DNA of 64,000 bases from contig JBNKOC010000028.1 of the NCBI GenBank assembly GCA_050294405.1, forward strand, positions 320,001-384,000, in the 5' to 3' direction. The DNA comes from Fibrobacteria bacterium. Its GTDB lineage: Bacteria; Fibrobacterota; Fibrobacteria; UBA11236; JADFYW01. A program made the translations under genes and the position numbers. A model generated the notes under the pieces. It searched no databases and was not told the DNA's origin. It saw only the letters and a program-made list of their open reading frames with translations. Positions within the stretch are counted from its first letter, which is position 1. Every line of letters starts with the position of its first letter. Below are positions 1-10,536 of this stretch, one piece after another.

Positions 1-1
1 T

Positions 2-526
2 GGACGACATGACATCATTTTTGGTGGGAATGTTAAAAGTACGGATGGAAGTTATGGTAAATGTGTTGGAGTATTTCATAACAATGTTGTGTTGCCAAAT
101 TTCCTTAATGATTCTGATAGGTTAATTGAACGGGAAGTCAGTTTTATTTCAGGTTGTTTTTTGGGGATTTGCGAAAAAGCTATTGAAAGAAATTGTCTTT
201 TTGATGAAAAATTTTTTTTGTATTATGAAGACGTTGATTTATGTATAAGATTAAAAAAATGGAAATTCAAACTAGTTTATTTTCCAAATATTGAATTGTA
301 CCATAAAGAATCAGAAACTATGATTAAGGAAAACGTGGACACAAATTACTATGCATTACGTAATTATATAATTCTATCAAAGCAGCAATTACCGAGATAT
401 AAATATATATTAAGCATCTTTTCTATTGCAAAAGTACACATTTTTAAAATCGATACAATTAATTATTATTTGGATTGTTTTATTGCAATTTTTCACGGAG
501 TAATTGGTAGAATAGGTAAAAAATGA
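2..526 (+). CDS. Glycosyltransferase family 2, C-terminal part (5' truncated by window edge)
   Basis: Frame is open from base 2. The segment SGCFL..FDEKFFLYYEDVDLCIR..LYHKES is typical of rhamnosyltransferase-like GT2. Its end overlaps the next start (ATGA). Confidence 0.85.
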   Translation, partial: GRHDIIFGGNVKSTDGSYGKCVGVFHNNVVLPNFLNDSDRLIEREVSFISGCFLGICEKAIERNCLFDEKFFLYYEDVDLCIRLKKWKFKLVYFPNIELYHKESETMIKENVDTNYYALRNYIILSKQQLPRYKYILSIFSIAKVHIFKIDTINYYLDCFIAIFHGVIGRIGKK

Positions 527-1737
527 ATCAAAATGAATCAAACTCTGAATTAGCTAATTCATTTATATTTTTTGTTTTAAAATTTCTGAGTATATGCTTG
601 GACAACAAACTGCTAATAATTATTGGGACGACTATTCCTTCTATAATTGCGGTTGTCTATTGTCTTTTTACGCCGAATACTTTTTTATCAAAGGCAATAA
701 TTATACCACCCAATGGAAAAGGAAGCTCTCCTATTTCATCTGTATTGGGGGACATCGGAGGAATGGCTAGCCTTTTAAATTTTGATTTAGGGGATAAGGC
801 CGAATTTGATTTGGCTTTGGAAATATCTCAGTCTGATATTTATCTAAAAAACATCATTAACCACTTTGACTTATATAAACATTATGAATTAGAGAAGGGT
901 AAAGTTAAAATAGAAACAGTAATTAGGAAATTAAAGAACAATTTAAGTATAGATGAAACAGATTATGATAATATGTATGTTGCATTTGAGGATGAGGACC
1001 CTAAAATGTGTTCAACAGTTGTTGCGTATTCATACAAATTACTTGACTCTCTATATTTAAATATTAAAAATCGTCAAATTGTTTTAAAACAAAAATTCAT
1101 GGAAAATAAAGTTAAAGTCACAAAAACAGAATTGGAGACGGCATTAAATAGATTAATTGAATTTCAAACTCAAAATAAAATTTATTTGCCTGAAGAGCAA
1201 ATGGAGAAAATAGTCCTGACTTTAGTGGATTTAGAAAAGAAAAAAAGACTGCTTGAAGATGAAATAGAGTTTGTTGGAAAGACAGAGTCTAAACAATCCG
1301 AGATGTATAAGAAATTAAAAATTAAACGGCAGATATTAATGGACCAGTTGGATTCACTCAATCAAGGAGAACTTTCAAATGAATTAATTTTAACTAGTTT
1401 AAAGAATACTCCAACGTTAATCAAAGAATATAAAAAAATATATATTGATGTTAAGCTCAATGAAGAACTTCTTAAATTTTTCATTAAGACAAATGAAGAG
1501 TTAAAGTTTAAAGCGTCTACAAATTATGAACAAATTCAATTGCTCTCTCCAGGATTTGTTCCTCAAAAAAAGTTTGCTCCGCCTAAATCAGCAATTTGCA
1601 TAGTTATTTTTACCGTATCGTTGGTAATTTCAATTGCTTTTGCTGTGATTTTAAATTTTTATAAATTACAGAAGGCGTTAAATAGTCCATCATATGTAAT
1701 GATGATGGAAGTTTTAACAAAAATTAAATTTAGATAA
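523..1737 (+). CDS. Polysaccharide chain-length determinant (Wzz/GumC family)
   Basis: N- and C-terminal TM helices, a central coiled coil and a proline-rich PQKKFAPPK motif before the last TM. Confidence 0.85.
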   Translation: MNQNESNSELANSFIFFVLKFLSICLDNKLLIIIGTTIPSIIAVVYCLFTPNTFLSKAIIIPPNGKGSSPISSVLGDIGGMASLLNFDLGDKAEFDLALEISQSDIYLKNIINHFDLYKHYELEKGKVKIETVIRKLKNNLSIDETDYDNMYVAFEDEDPKMCSTVVAYSYKLLDSLYLNIKNRQIVLKQKFMENKVKVTKTELETALNRLIEFQTQNKIYLPEEQMEKIVLTLVDLEKKKRLLEDEIEFVGKTESKQSEMYKKLKIKRQILMDQLDSLNQGELSNELILTSLKNTPTLIKEYKKIYIDVKLNEELLKFFIKTNEELKFKASTNYEQIQLLSPGFVPQKKFAPPKSAICIVIFTVSLVISIAFAVILNFYKLQKALNSPSYVMMMEVLTKIKFR

Positions 1738-1745
1738 TAGAGCTT

Positions 1746-3002
1746 ATGCCTTTTTTATTTCTTGGAATTTCCCTTTTTACATTTATTGCGGGTTACTTTC
1801 GAGGGTGTGATATATTCTCACCATGGAGAATATATGTTTATTCTCATTCCACGATTTTAGGTGTGTCGTTATTTTATTTTCATCCAGCTATGACTCCGAT
1901 TAAGCCACTTACATGGTTTGTCATATTAGGTGGTGCTATTTCTTATATTATGGGTCACGTGGCATTTAATTTAATTTCACCTCAGTTAAACTTTAAAAAC
2001 ATTAAAATCGAAGTTCCATACGTAAACTGGAAATTTTTACTACAAGTAGTAATGGTTTATTATTTTTTATACACTTTAGTATACGCCTATAACAGCTCAA
2101 TTGTAGGTATTCCTTTATTTTCGTCTGACATAGGGGATAATCGTTTAAAGTTTTTTGGAGTGAATTATCACACAATGCTCGTTTTGCTTTTGTTTCCTTT
2201 TTTTTTAATGGTTTCATTTTCGTATCGGAAATTTTCTAAAATAGCACCAATTTACAACAAAATCTTGCTTGCATTAGATTTGTTGCTTATTATTTCCTTT
2301 GTAATATTGTTAAATAGAAATAGTGTAATGTGGTTGGGCTTTTCACTCATACTTGTTAGTCACTATTGTGTTAGAAAAATTGAGGGTAAGAAAATTTTAT
2401 TTTTCATTGTTTTATTTTTTGCTTTAATTTTTGTGGTCGGCCTTTCTCGAACGGGCCATACATATAAAGTTATTTCCAAAAATAAGGGGATTATCGAAGA
2501 AATTTTAAAAACATTTTATAGTTATCCAGCAAATAATGTGTGGAATTTAGATTATAATCTAAATCCAGCTCCCGATCAATTTATTCATCCGAGAACTTAT
2601 GGGTTTGATCATTTAAGCCCAGTTTTTGATTTTGTTTTAATTTCAGAATACATTAGATCAAAATTAGGTTGGGAAGGTCTTTTTATTAAAAAAACGGCAA
2701 AGGTTCAGGGATATAATTCCGTATTGTATCAATGGAACCTTTGGAAAGAATTTGGGCCAGTACTGGCTATGTTAATTCCATTTATGAGTGGGTTTTTTAT
2801 ATGTTACATATATAAAAAAATGCTTGAGAAAAGAAATTTATTTATGGTGTGGATATATTGTCAATTTGCTTTCTTCATATTATTTAGCTTTATGGTACCA
2901 TTTTGGTATTTTAATATAGCTTGGTTTGCAATATTATTTTCGATTTTTTGTTATAAATTTTTCCCATATCAAATGAATGTATCAGAAGTTGAAAATATCT
3001 AG
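1746..3002 (+). CDS. Probable O-antigen/EPS repeat-unit polymerase (Wzy-like)
   Basis: About 10 hydrophobic segments with a large late periplasmic loop; lies between Wzz-like and Wzx-like genes. Confidence 0.7.
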   Translation: MPFLFLGISLFTFIAGYFRGCDIFSPWRIYVYSHSTILGVSLFYFHPAMTPIKPLTWFVILGGAISYIMGHVAFNLISPQLNFKNIKIEVPYVNWKFLLQVVMVYYFLYTLVYAYNSSIVGIPLFSSDIGDNRLKFFGVNYHTMLVLLLFPFFLMVSFSYRKFSKIAPIYNKILLALDLLLIISFVILLNRNSVMWLGFSLILVSHYCVRKIEGKKILFFIVLFFALIFVVGLSRTGHTYKVISKNKGIIEEILKTFYSYPANNVWNLDYNLNPAPDQFIHPRTYGFDHLSPVFDFVLISEYIRSKLGWEGLFIKKTAKVQGYNSVLYQWNLWKEFGPVLAMLIPFMSGFFICYIYKKMLEKRNLFMVWIYCQFAFFILFSFMVPFWYFNIAWFAILFSIFCYKFFPYQMNVSEVENI

Positions 3003-4248
3003 TATCAAGATCCGCAATTTATATATCACAAAAACCACTTTGGCCAATTTTATTTTTTTAAGCATTCAGCCAGTTTTTAATTTTATTGGCCAATTGTTAT
3101 TGATTCCTTATTACACCAAATATCTTGGACTCAATAAGATTGGCGAATTGTTCGCAATTATGGTGGTAAGTAATGTGTTTGTTGCTTTAATAGATTTCAA
3201 TCTCCTATCTCCGACAATTCGAAGGTATGAAAATGCAATAGTGAAAAAAAAAGTAATACATTCTTTTTTGATATTAAAAATATTTCTTAGTCTGATTATA
3301 TTATTCCTTGGTTTTTTTTGGTTAAAGTATTTTACTAATTATAGTAATGAAATAAAACTGACTTTAGCGCTATTCATAATTGGTGGTGTCGTAAATCCAT
3401 ATATATTTGATTGGTATTTTATATCTGAAGACAAAATCAAAAAGAATGGTTATGTAAAAGGTTTACATTCCATGGCTTATATTTTATTAATAATAATAGC
3501 AATCCCAATTTATCCCTATACATACACATTGCCAATATTATCAAATGTGTTGTCTATTATTGTGATTGTATATTTTTCGGTTTCAGAAAAAATAAAAAAC
3601 ATTTTCCCAATTATTTTTGATTTAAAAATGTCTATAAAAATTATAATTGAAGCGTCACCAATTGCATTGATGCAATTTATCGCTCCTTTTGGTATTCCTT
3701 TTGGATTGGTGGCTCTACAACAATTTTCATATAAGCAAAATATTATGGCCTCTTTTGGGATTGGTCAAAAAATTTCATTATCGTTTATTACGTTAGCACA
3801 TCCAATAGTGCTAGCACTAATAAAAAAAATGTCATCTGACTTGGATGTAACGGCTCTTATTCCTTATGTAAGAAAAAATACAATTTTCTCTTTGGGTGGG
3901 TATGTGTTTACTACTTTGGGGTTGAATATATTTGTAATGTACTTTTTTCCATATTTTGTAGAATTAAAAACTGATAGTATATTGGTTATTCTATTTGTAA
4001 TGAACATTTACATGATTGCGGTCCTATTCATATACTTGCGAGTTCCCTTGGTAAGCTACTTTTTAGGAACAGGTAAAACAAAAATGTTTTTTTTGTTTCA
4101 TACCTTACCGATTTTATGCTTAGTTGGATTCACTATATTATTCGCGAATCAAAATAGTTACAAATTTGTTGCAGTTACCTGTGCAAGTACCGAAGTGTTA
4201 ACAACTTTAATATTTTTTAGTTTTTTTTTCAAAAAGCTAAAATTCTAA
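2977..4248 (+). CDS. Oligosaccharide flippase (Wzx/MOP family)
   Basis: About 12 TM segments; N-terminal LLIPYYTKYLGLNKIG..IDFNL pattern typical of Wzx. Confidence 0.75.
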   Translation: MYQKLKISSIKIRNLYITKTTLANFIFLSIQPVFNFIGQLLLIPYYTKYLGLNKIGELFAIMVVSNVFVALIDFNLLSPTIRRYENAIVKKKVIHSFLILKIFLSLIILFLGFFWLKYFTNYSNEIKLTLALFIIGGVVNPYIFDWYFISEDKIKKNGYVKGLHSMAYILLIIIAIPIYPYTYTLPILSNVLSIIVIVYFSVSEKIKNIFPIIFDLKMSIKIIIEASPIALMQFIAPFGIPFGLVALQQFSYKQNIMASFGIGQKISLSFITLAHPIVLALIKKMSSDLDVTALIPYVRKNTIFSLGGYVFTTLGLNIFVMYFFPYFVELKTDSILVILFVMNIYMIAVLFIYLRVPLVSYFLGTGKTKMFFLFHTLPILCLVGFTILFANQNSYKFVAVTCASTEVLTTLIFFSFFFKKLKF

Positions 4249-5280
4249 ATTAGGATAATAATTTCTACGTTTATCGGGCGTTAATAAAAACAATATATTA
4301 TCCTTGATTGGATACTCATGGTTACAGATGTTGCATATATAAAAACTTTCCTTTTTGAACAAATTGTGCTCCTCTTTGTTTTGTAAACAATTTGGACAAA
4401 TGATAGTGTCAATTATTGTGTTTTTCCCTTCCTTTAATGGGCCTCCTTGTTTCTTGCATAAGCCATTGATAATACCACCAAATAGAAAAGCAATAAAATA
4501 CTTTAAACCAAAAGAACTATTGATCGAAATTTCTAATTTTTTTTTAGTCATTAATTTTATATCAGATGAATAAAAATCAGAGAAAGACGATTTCCATTTT
4601 GCAATGCTAATATCATGGTTTTCAATTACATCATAATCTTGCTCAACAAAATTTTCATCGAGAAAAATACTGTCCATTAAATTTAAGATCCTATTATAAA
4701 TTGAATTGCCTGAGATATTACTATTGGCAAGTCTTTTTTTGTAAATTGGAAAATGCAAAAATTGTTTAAATGGTTCTTCGTCAAAGTAATATGAGCCTCC
4801 TGGTTCGAGAACTCTAAAAACTTCTTTTATTATTGGGGTGGGGTCTGGAAAATGATGTAACATTTCATAGCCAAAAACAAATGGTATTGAATTTGATTTA
4901 AAGGGCAATAAATAAGCATCACCACAGATCCTCATGGGTAATTTGTTTTTAGCAAATTTATTCCCATAATATTCACAACTTTTTAGCATATCATAAGAAA
5001 TATCAAATGCAGCCCCAGAAACATTAAAATTATTTTCGAGAACCAAATCTCTTTGGCATCTTTCAGCTCCAATTTCTAAATAAAAATTAGGAATTTTAAT
5101 TTTCTTAAAAAGGATATTAAAGTCCGATTCTGTTTTTGCCATCCTTTCTAAAAGAATGCTTTCAATATTTGTGTATTGTAAAGCTCCGTCAAATTCATTT
5201 TTTCCTAAAATTTGTTCTGAGAATAACTTTCTCCTAAATTCAATTTCACCCATTTTATTTTTGGTTTCTTGTGGCTTCAT
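4237..5280 (-). CDS. Class I SAM-dependent methyltransferase with C-terminal Trm112-like Zn-knuckle
   Basis: LEIGAE, FDIS, GDAYLLPF, LHHF, RVLEPGG motifs; tail CPNC..CNICNHEYPIKDNILFLL. Confidence 0.8.
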   Translation of the reverse strand: MKPQETKNKMGEIEFRRKLFSEQILGKNEFDGALQYTNIESILLERMAKTESDFNILFKKIKIPNFYLEIGAERCQRDLVLENNFNVSGAAFDISYDMLKSCEYYGNKFAKNKLPMRICGDAYLLPFKSNSIPFVFGYEMLHHFPDPTPIIKEVFRVLEPGGSYYFDEEPFKQFLHFPIYKKRLANSNISGNSIYNRILNLMDSIFLDENFVEQDYDVIENHDISIAKWKSSFSDFYSSDIKLMTKKKLEISINSSFGLKYFIAFLFGGIINGLCKKQGGPLKEGKNTIIDTIICPNCLQNKEEHNLFKKESFYICNICNHEYPIKDNILFLLTPDKRRNYYPNLEF

Positions 5281-5287
5281 TTTTCCT

Positions 5288-6457
5288 CTAATTTGTTTGG
5301 GTTAGTAAACTAAACTTACTTCTTAAATTCATAAAAGGCTTCTCATAAAATTTGTAAAGGATATAAGAAATAAAAAAGGTGGCGATAACGTATACTGCGA
5401 TAAATTGTAGCATAGTAATTATATTTACATTCAAATAATCAAAGTGATGAAGTATTAATAGTACTATTGAATTGTGTGTTAAATAAATTGAATATGAAAT
5501 CTTTGAGGTGTGTGTAACCATTTGAGCTAATAAGTTTTTTGTTTTATCGAATTTCATGTTCAAAAATTGTGGAATTAAAAGGCTAAATCCTATTCCGGTA
5601 ACTGTGAAATAAAAGGTATTTGAATAGGCTGAATTAATGATAAAATTTGATTTCAAGATGTGTGAAAAAAAATAATATCCTGTGGTAAACAATATTATAA
5701 CACCAATTATGAATAAATGTTGCTTAATTGCAAATAAAAGTTTTCCGTAATAATAATTAATCCAGGCCAAGAAAACGCCACTTAAAATAGCATCCATACG
5801 CATTATTGTAACCTTTCTAATTTCACTATCCCAATTCAAATTGGGTACCTGAGACATTACTAACCTAATAAAGAGGCCAATTGAAAATGACAAAAAAATT
5901 GCGATAAGAATTTTTTTTTTGAAAGAAAGTTTCCCTGTAAGAATCCAATGTATAATTCCGATCATTAGTGGGAATGTAAAATAAAACCATTCTTCAATAC
6001 ATAAACTCCAAGCTTCGGAAAAAAAAGGAGGATGTGTTGAGAACAAATTTTGGGAAAATATTAAATAACGTACATAATCAATTTCGAATACTAGTATTCT
6101 TCCACTAGTCATATATACGAAAATGAAAAGGATTGTTAGAATTAGGTAATAATTGGGCAGTGTTCGAAACCACCTACGTAGCCAAAAATTTAGCAAAGTT
6201 TTTATTGTGTAGCCATTTTGAAAATCTTTAATCAATATGGTTCCAATTAAAAAGCCGCTTAATACGAAAAACAACTCAACACCCCAAAAGCCAAAAATTC
6301 TAAAAAAATTAGTATCAATGAGTAATGGGTTTAAAAGAATTCTGCCGTGCTCGACTAACACCAGTAGGATAGCCAATGTTCTCAAAAGATCAAGGCCGAA
6401 AATTCTCTTTTCGTTTGAAGTATGTATGTAAGCTTTAGCTTCCAAAACTAACCACAT
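5288..6457 (-). CDS. Membrane O-acyltransferase, acyltransferase family 3 (OafA-like)
   Basis: GLDLLRTLAILLVLVEH, GVELFFVLSGFLI, RRWFRTLP, WSLCIEEWFY, SYSIYLTH motifs. Confidence 0.92.
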   Translation of the reverse strand: MWLVLEAKAYIHTSNEKRIFGLDLLRTLAILLVLVEHGRILLNPLLIDTNFFRIFGFWGVELFFVLSGFLIGTILIKDFQNGYTIKTLLNFWLRRWFRTLPNYYLILTILFIFVYMTSGRILVFEIDYVRYLIFSQNLFSTHPPFFSEAWSLCIEEWFYFTFPLMIGIIHWILTGKLSFKKKILIAIFLSFSIGLFIRLVMSQVPNLNWDSEIRKVTIMRMDAILSGVFLAWINYYYGKLLFAIKQHLFIIGVIILFTTGYYFFSHILKSNFIINSAYSNTFYFTVTGIGFSLLIPQFLNMKFDKTKNLLAQMVTHTSKISYSIYLTHNSIVLLILHHFDYLNVNIITMLQFIAVYVIATFFISYILYKFYEKPFMNLRSKFSLLTQTN

Positions 6458-6466
6458 ATAGGCTAA

Positions 6467-7663
6467 TTACTTAATAGTCATAAATGTTAGTATTGAAAAA
6501 GTCATGCTTACTAAGCTTATTAATATTGGGGCGTAAATAGTAAATTTTGTTTCAATATTTTCTTTTATGTAAATAGCATCGCCAGGTTTAAGCTTTTTAT
6601 TGATTTCAATTACTTTAAATGAAGCTTCCCCTTTTCTATTCAATAAAACCTTTTCTGACAATTTGGAGGATGTCATTAATCCTGCCATAGCTAAATAGCT
6701 TGAAACTAATTTATTTGGATCATAAGGAAAAAAACCTGGGGCTTGTACTGCACCCCCAACATAAATTTCATTTGTAATGGTTGATATTTCGATTAAACTA
6801 TTTTTCACCGGCGAATAGGTGCTTAATTCATCTAAATTTACGATTTTTGGTCTTTTTTCGGGCTCAGATAATATTACGGTACCCCGCGGAGGATTGAATT
6901 GGTACGAATTAAATTTTTGAATTAAATCCAGAAGGGTTTCTTCTTTTTCTAATTGAACTGTTACATCCCATTTTTGGAAGCGAATTGTTACGAAAGGACT
7001 ATTATAATCAACTGGGGGTACATGGATAATTGTTCCCTGTTTTACATATGGATTTTGAGTGAGATCTCCATGCTTGTAAAAATTTGAAATGTTGATTGCC
7101 GAAGAGTCGCCCGATGAAGATTTTATGAATATCAGTGATTTTCTTGCATCATTGTTAAATCCATGAGATCTTTCCAGAGCATCAGTTATACGATAAGTAC
7201 TGGGTATTTCATAGATTCCGGGTTTGCTCACGGAACCTGAAACAACAACTCTAACTTTTTTAGGATTTTTTAGGGATATAAAACATCTACTTAAATTTTC
7301 ATAATCTTTTATGAGGATTAATAGGCTATCTTTTGTTTCTTTTAAATTCTTTCCCGTTGCGTCAAATACTCCATATTTCTTTAATACTATTTTTCCTTCT
7401 GCATTAATTTGGGTGCTTATGGTTTTGGCTTCTATATGTATGTCAAAGACATCCCCTGGACCCACCATGTATAATGAGTCAATAATAGGTGCATCAAGAA
7501 TAAGTGGAGACTCTACAAATTTAGCTTCGCTTACTTCCTTATCGAAAAAACTAGGCATCTCATCTAAATTTAAGGGTAAATTTGATGGTTTAAGAATATC
7601 AGAATCATTTGAATATGTATATGTTATAATAAGTAATGCTATTGCTGACAAATATTTAATCAT
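6467..7663 (-). CDS. Polysaccharide export protein with SLBB domains (OPX/Wza-KpsD-like)
   Basis: YMVGPGD poly-export motif, VSGSVSKPGIY and VGGAVQAPG SLBB repeats, N-terminal signal and C-terminal hydrophobic helix. Confidence 0.85.
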   Translation of the reverse strand: MIKYLSAIALLIITYTYSNDSDILKPSNLPLNLDEMPSFFDKEVSEAKFVESPLILDAPIIDSLYMVGPGDVFDIHIEAKTISTQINAEGKIVLKKYGVFDATGKNLKETKDSLLILIKDYENLSRCFISLKNPKKVRVVVSGSVSKPGIYEIPSTYRITDALERSHGFNNDARKSLIFIKSSSGDSSAINISNFYKHGDLTQNPYVKQGTIIHVPPVDYNSPFVTIRFQKWDVTVQLEKEETLLDLIQKFNSYQFNPPRGTVILSEPEKRPKIVNLDELSTYSPVKNSLIEISTITNEIYVGGAVQAPGFFPYDPNKLVSSYLAMAGLMTSSKLSEKVLLNRKGEASFKVIEINKKLKPGDAIYIKENIETKFTIYAPILISLVSMTFSILTFMTIK

Positions 7664-7677
7664 AAGTTCTCAGTTAA

Positions 7678-8442
7678 TTAGTTTTGGTTTTTTGTTCCTA
7701 TTATCATCACATCTCTATAATAATATCTCAAAAAAGGTAACAATGATTTTATTTTCTCATCAATTGAAAAACAAATAACTGTGAGCAAATTACTGCTTTT
7801 GAGCTTTAAGAGATTGGTTATAAATTGCCCTAAAACTGATGTAAATTGTGTAACTTGATTATGGCAATCGAAAAATTGATTTGCAACTTTAAGATTATGG
7901 CGGGTTAATGGCATTTCATCTTTTGTTCTAGCGAAAGGGGTGAAAAAACGAATTATTTTTCCAATAGGGTTATTCCCTAGGGGCTCATAAAAAAAGATTT
8001 TCCCCTTTGTAGTGCAAACTTCTGAAATCCCCTTTAAAGCAGTATTAAAAGACAGGTGATGTAGAATTGCGCCCCCAAAAACTAAACCAAAAGATTGCTT
8101 TTTAAATGGCAACATATTCGCATCACAAATGATAAAATAAATTTCCCATTCTAAATTGTTCTTTTTGACGTATTCTCTTCCGATTTCAATTTCTTTTCTG
8201 GAGATATTGATACAAAACAATTTTTGGGGCCTAATATTATTTTGATGTACATATCCAATCCATGCATTGGAACCTATTTCTAATGTTCGTTTACTATCAG
8301 ATGTGGAAAAAAAATTCTTAATAATGTTATTTGTGTAGTTATGATATTCCAGAGAGCAGGAAAAAAGAGATTCGTACCCTCCCCTTTTTATTGAACCTGT
8401 GTCATAGGCGATTTTTTCTCGTGTTGCTTTTTCAGAGTCCAA
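7678..8442 (-). CDS. Class I SAM-dependent methyltransferase
   Basis: LEIGS, DANMLPF, AILHHL, EPLGNNP motifs; TTG start preceded by GAGG. Confidence 0.8.
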   Translation of the reverse strand: MDSEKATREKIAYDTGSIKRGGYESLFSCSLEYHNYTNNIIKNFFSTSDSKRTLEIGSNAWIGYVHQNNIRPQKLFCINISRKEIEIGREYVKKNNLEWEIYFIICDANMLPFKKQSFGLVFGGAILHHLSFNTALKGISEVCTTKGKIFFYEPLGNNPIGKIIRFFTPFARTKDEMPLTRHNLKVANQFFDCHNQVTQFTSVLGQFITNLLKLKSSNLLTVICFSIDEKIKSLLPFLRYYYRDVMIIGTKNQN

Positions 8443-8451
8443 TTGAATCCC

Positions 8452-9504
8452 TCACCTCACCAACCCCATCACTTCCTTCGCTTTTTCTTTTTCACCTTTA
8501 TTCCAAAAGGCGTTTGAAACATTCTCGATTCCATCTCGGCCTCGAATTTGTCCCATACTGTAGGCTATTTTAAATTCTTCCAGGGCATTTTCCAACCTAT
8601 CCTGCTCGAAAAATATAACTCCCCTTTCCAGGTGCAATTCAGAATCCTTTATTCCAGCTTCCAATGCAGATTCTAGGGCCAATAGGGCTAAATAATCAGA
8701 ATCTTGATTTCGATATAAATTGGAAATTTTAAAATAAATTTCGGTTTTTTTAGGATTTAAGGCTAAACCTTCTTCATAGGCCCTTATTGCCTTTTTAATA
8801 TTGCCCTCTTGTTCATATAAATAGGCCAAATAAAAATAGGCGCGTTCATCTACCTTCGGAGAAAGCAAAATGGCATCCATTAATACATCTTGTGCCCCTT
8901 CATAATCCTTTATTTTGGCGAAAGATTCTGCCAAGGCAAAGTAAACATCAATTTGGTCCGGATCCAGCTTTAAAGCTGCGTCAAAACTTTTCATAGCCTC
9001 CGTAACATCACCTGCTTTTAAGGCGCATTCCCCTCTCCATTTCCAGGCATAACTATTTTCTGGATCTAACTCCAAGGCTCTGCGATAAGAAACCATCGCA
9101 TAGCCATAAGCTCCCATGGTAAAGTAAATATCTGCTAATACAACCCAGGGCCTTACAAACTGGGGAGCTTCTTCAACACTTCTCTTATGGGCAACAATGC
9201 TATAAGCGTATTGTTGATGTTGTGCATAACAATTTCCCAGATTAAACCATGCGAAGGGAATGTTCTGTCCATTTTTTATGGCTTGTTGATACTGAGCTGC
9301 AGCCTTGGCATACTCTCCTTTTTCATAAAGCTTATTTCCTTCCAAGACAAAGTCTGTATTTACAGAATTAGCAATTCCATGTGATAATAAAATTCCAATG
9401 CATATTAGAACTGCAACAATCCCTTTATCCGAAGTGATAAAATGAAATTTGGAGATTTGATTCCTTAAAATGAATTTATTAAACGAAAATAACCGCATAT
9501 TCAT
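8452..9504 (-). CDS. Tetratricopeptide-repeat exported protein (TtpD-like component of TonB operon)
   Basis: Multiple TPRs (AWFNLGNCY, YRRALELDPEN, AYFYLAYLY); directly downstream of tonB. True start may be later. Confidence 0.88.
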   Translation of the reverse strand: MNMRLFSFNKFILRNQISKFHFITSDKGIVAVLICIGILLSHGIANSVNTDFVLEGNKLYEKGEYAKAAAQYQQAIKNGQNIPFAWFNLGNCYAQHQQYAYSIVAHKRSVEEAPQFVRPWVVLADIYFTMGAYGYAMVSYRRALELDPENSYAWKWRGECALKAGDVTEAMKSFDAALKLDPDQIDVYFALAESFAKIKDYEGAQDVLMDAILLSPKVDERAYFYLAYLYEQEGNIKKAIRAYEEGLALNPKKTEIYFKISNLYRNQDSDYLALLALESALEAGIKDSELHLERGVIFFEQDRLENALEEFKIAYSMGQIRGRDGIENVSNAFWNKGEKEKAKEVMGLVR

Positions 9505-10121
9505 TATTCAAAGCTAAATCGGAAGGTTTGCGTAATTTTTTGCCTAACGGGTACTTGCTTGATCGCAGCAGGTTGCCATTTGATTTTTTTTAGGTAATCC
9601 CTCACTGAATTGCCAAACCCATATCCTAAAGGTTCTTCAGTAACAATGCTGATTTCAATAACTCTGCCAGATTCATTGACCACCCAAACAGCATTTACAT
9701 ATCCTTCAACACCTTCTCTTTCAGCCCTCAAAGGCATTTTAGGATCTCCCGGATTGCCAATAATTTTGGCATCTGTATCGGTTTCCCCAGGCAGGTAAGT
9801 CATAACCCCTATGTTTCCACTTTGAACCGCAACACCCTGGCCACCTGCAGATACGCTTAAATCCATTTGCACATTTCTTGAAACAGGTGCACTTGGGGTG
9901 AACTTTTTAGTAAAGGATTTAATGGGTTTTATTTCCTTTTTTTCAATTTTTTCAATTTGCTTTTGAACTACTGTTTCCATTTCCCGTTCAATATTGTTTT
10001 TTTTTGCCTTGCTATAGTCGGGATGACTAAATAATACCTGAAGTAAGGGTACAAGTAAAAAAATGGCAAGGTTCAGAACAATAGCAATAGATACGATTGA
10101 CACATATTTTAGCCATTTCAT
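9504..10121 (-). CDS. tonB: Energy transducer TonB
   Basis: N-terminal TM; C-terminal PKMPLRAEREGVEGYV..G.V....EEP.GYGF..WQPA TonB_C domain. Confidence 0.88.
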   Translation of the reverse strand: MKWLKYVSIVSIAIVLNLAIFLLVPLLQVLFSHPDYSKAKKNNIEREMETVVQKQIEKIEKKEIKPIKSFTKKFTPSAPVSRNVQMDLSVSAGGQGVAVQSGNIGVMTYLPGETDTDAKIIGNPGDPKMPLRAEREGVEGYVNAVWVVNESGRVIEISIVTEEPLGYGFGNSVRDYLKKIKWQPAAIKQVPVRQKITQTFRFSFE

Positions 10122-10127
10122 TTATTC

Positions 10128-10535
10128 TTACTCTCGTTCCGAAGAAAGAGAAACCTTTTTAACCTTTGCAATATTGCATTCATCTAAAATGTCTACTACT
10201 CTCGAAACCGAGGCGTCTCTGTCAGCTACAATTACCACAGGTCTATCTGGAGCTTCCATCATATATCTTTTTAAAATATTTCCTAAAACATTAAGCGATA
10301 CTTGCCCTTCATTAATGTGAATGGTTCCCTCTTTGGTTACTCCGATTAAAATATTTTCCCGGGCTAAAGTCTCAGATGTGGAGGCCTTCGGCTTGGATAC
10401 ATCCACTCCGGTTTCTCGGGTAAAAGAGGTTGTGACGATAAAGAAAATAAGTAGAATAAAAACCAAATCCATCATTGGAGCGATGTTTAATTCGGAGGAC
10501 CTTCTGATTTTCTTTTTTAATCCAAAATTTTCCAT
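10128..10535 (-). CDS. exbD: Biopolymer transporter ExbD
   Basis: LNIAPMMDLVFILLIFFIVTT (conserved Asp), IVADRDA. Confidence 0.95.
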   Translation of the reverse strand: MENFGLKKKIRRSSELNIAPMMDLVFILLIFFIVTTSFTRETGVDVSKPKASTSETLARENILIGVTKEGTIHINEGQVSLNVLGNILKRYMMEAPDRPVVIVADRDASVSRVVDILDECNIAKVKKVSLSSERE

Positions 10536-10536
10536 A

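Noticed and set aside
5911..5920. A10 tract in the O-acyltransferase as a phase-variation site
   Set aside because: A9-A10 runs also occur in pirin, the MTase-kinase and other Lys-rich genes, so it is not distinctive here; the frame is intact.
7311..7778. 155-aa plus-strand ORF opposite the SLBB gene
   Set aside because: Antisense shadow with no motifs.
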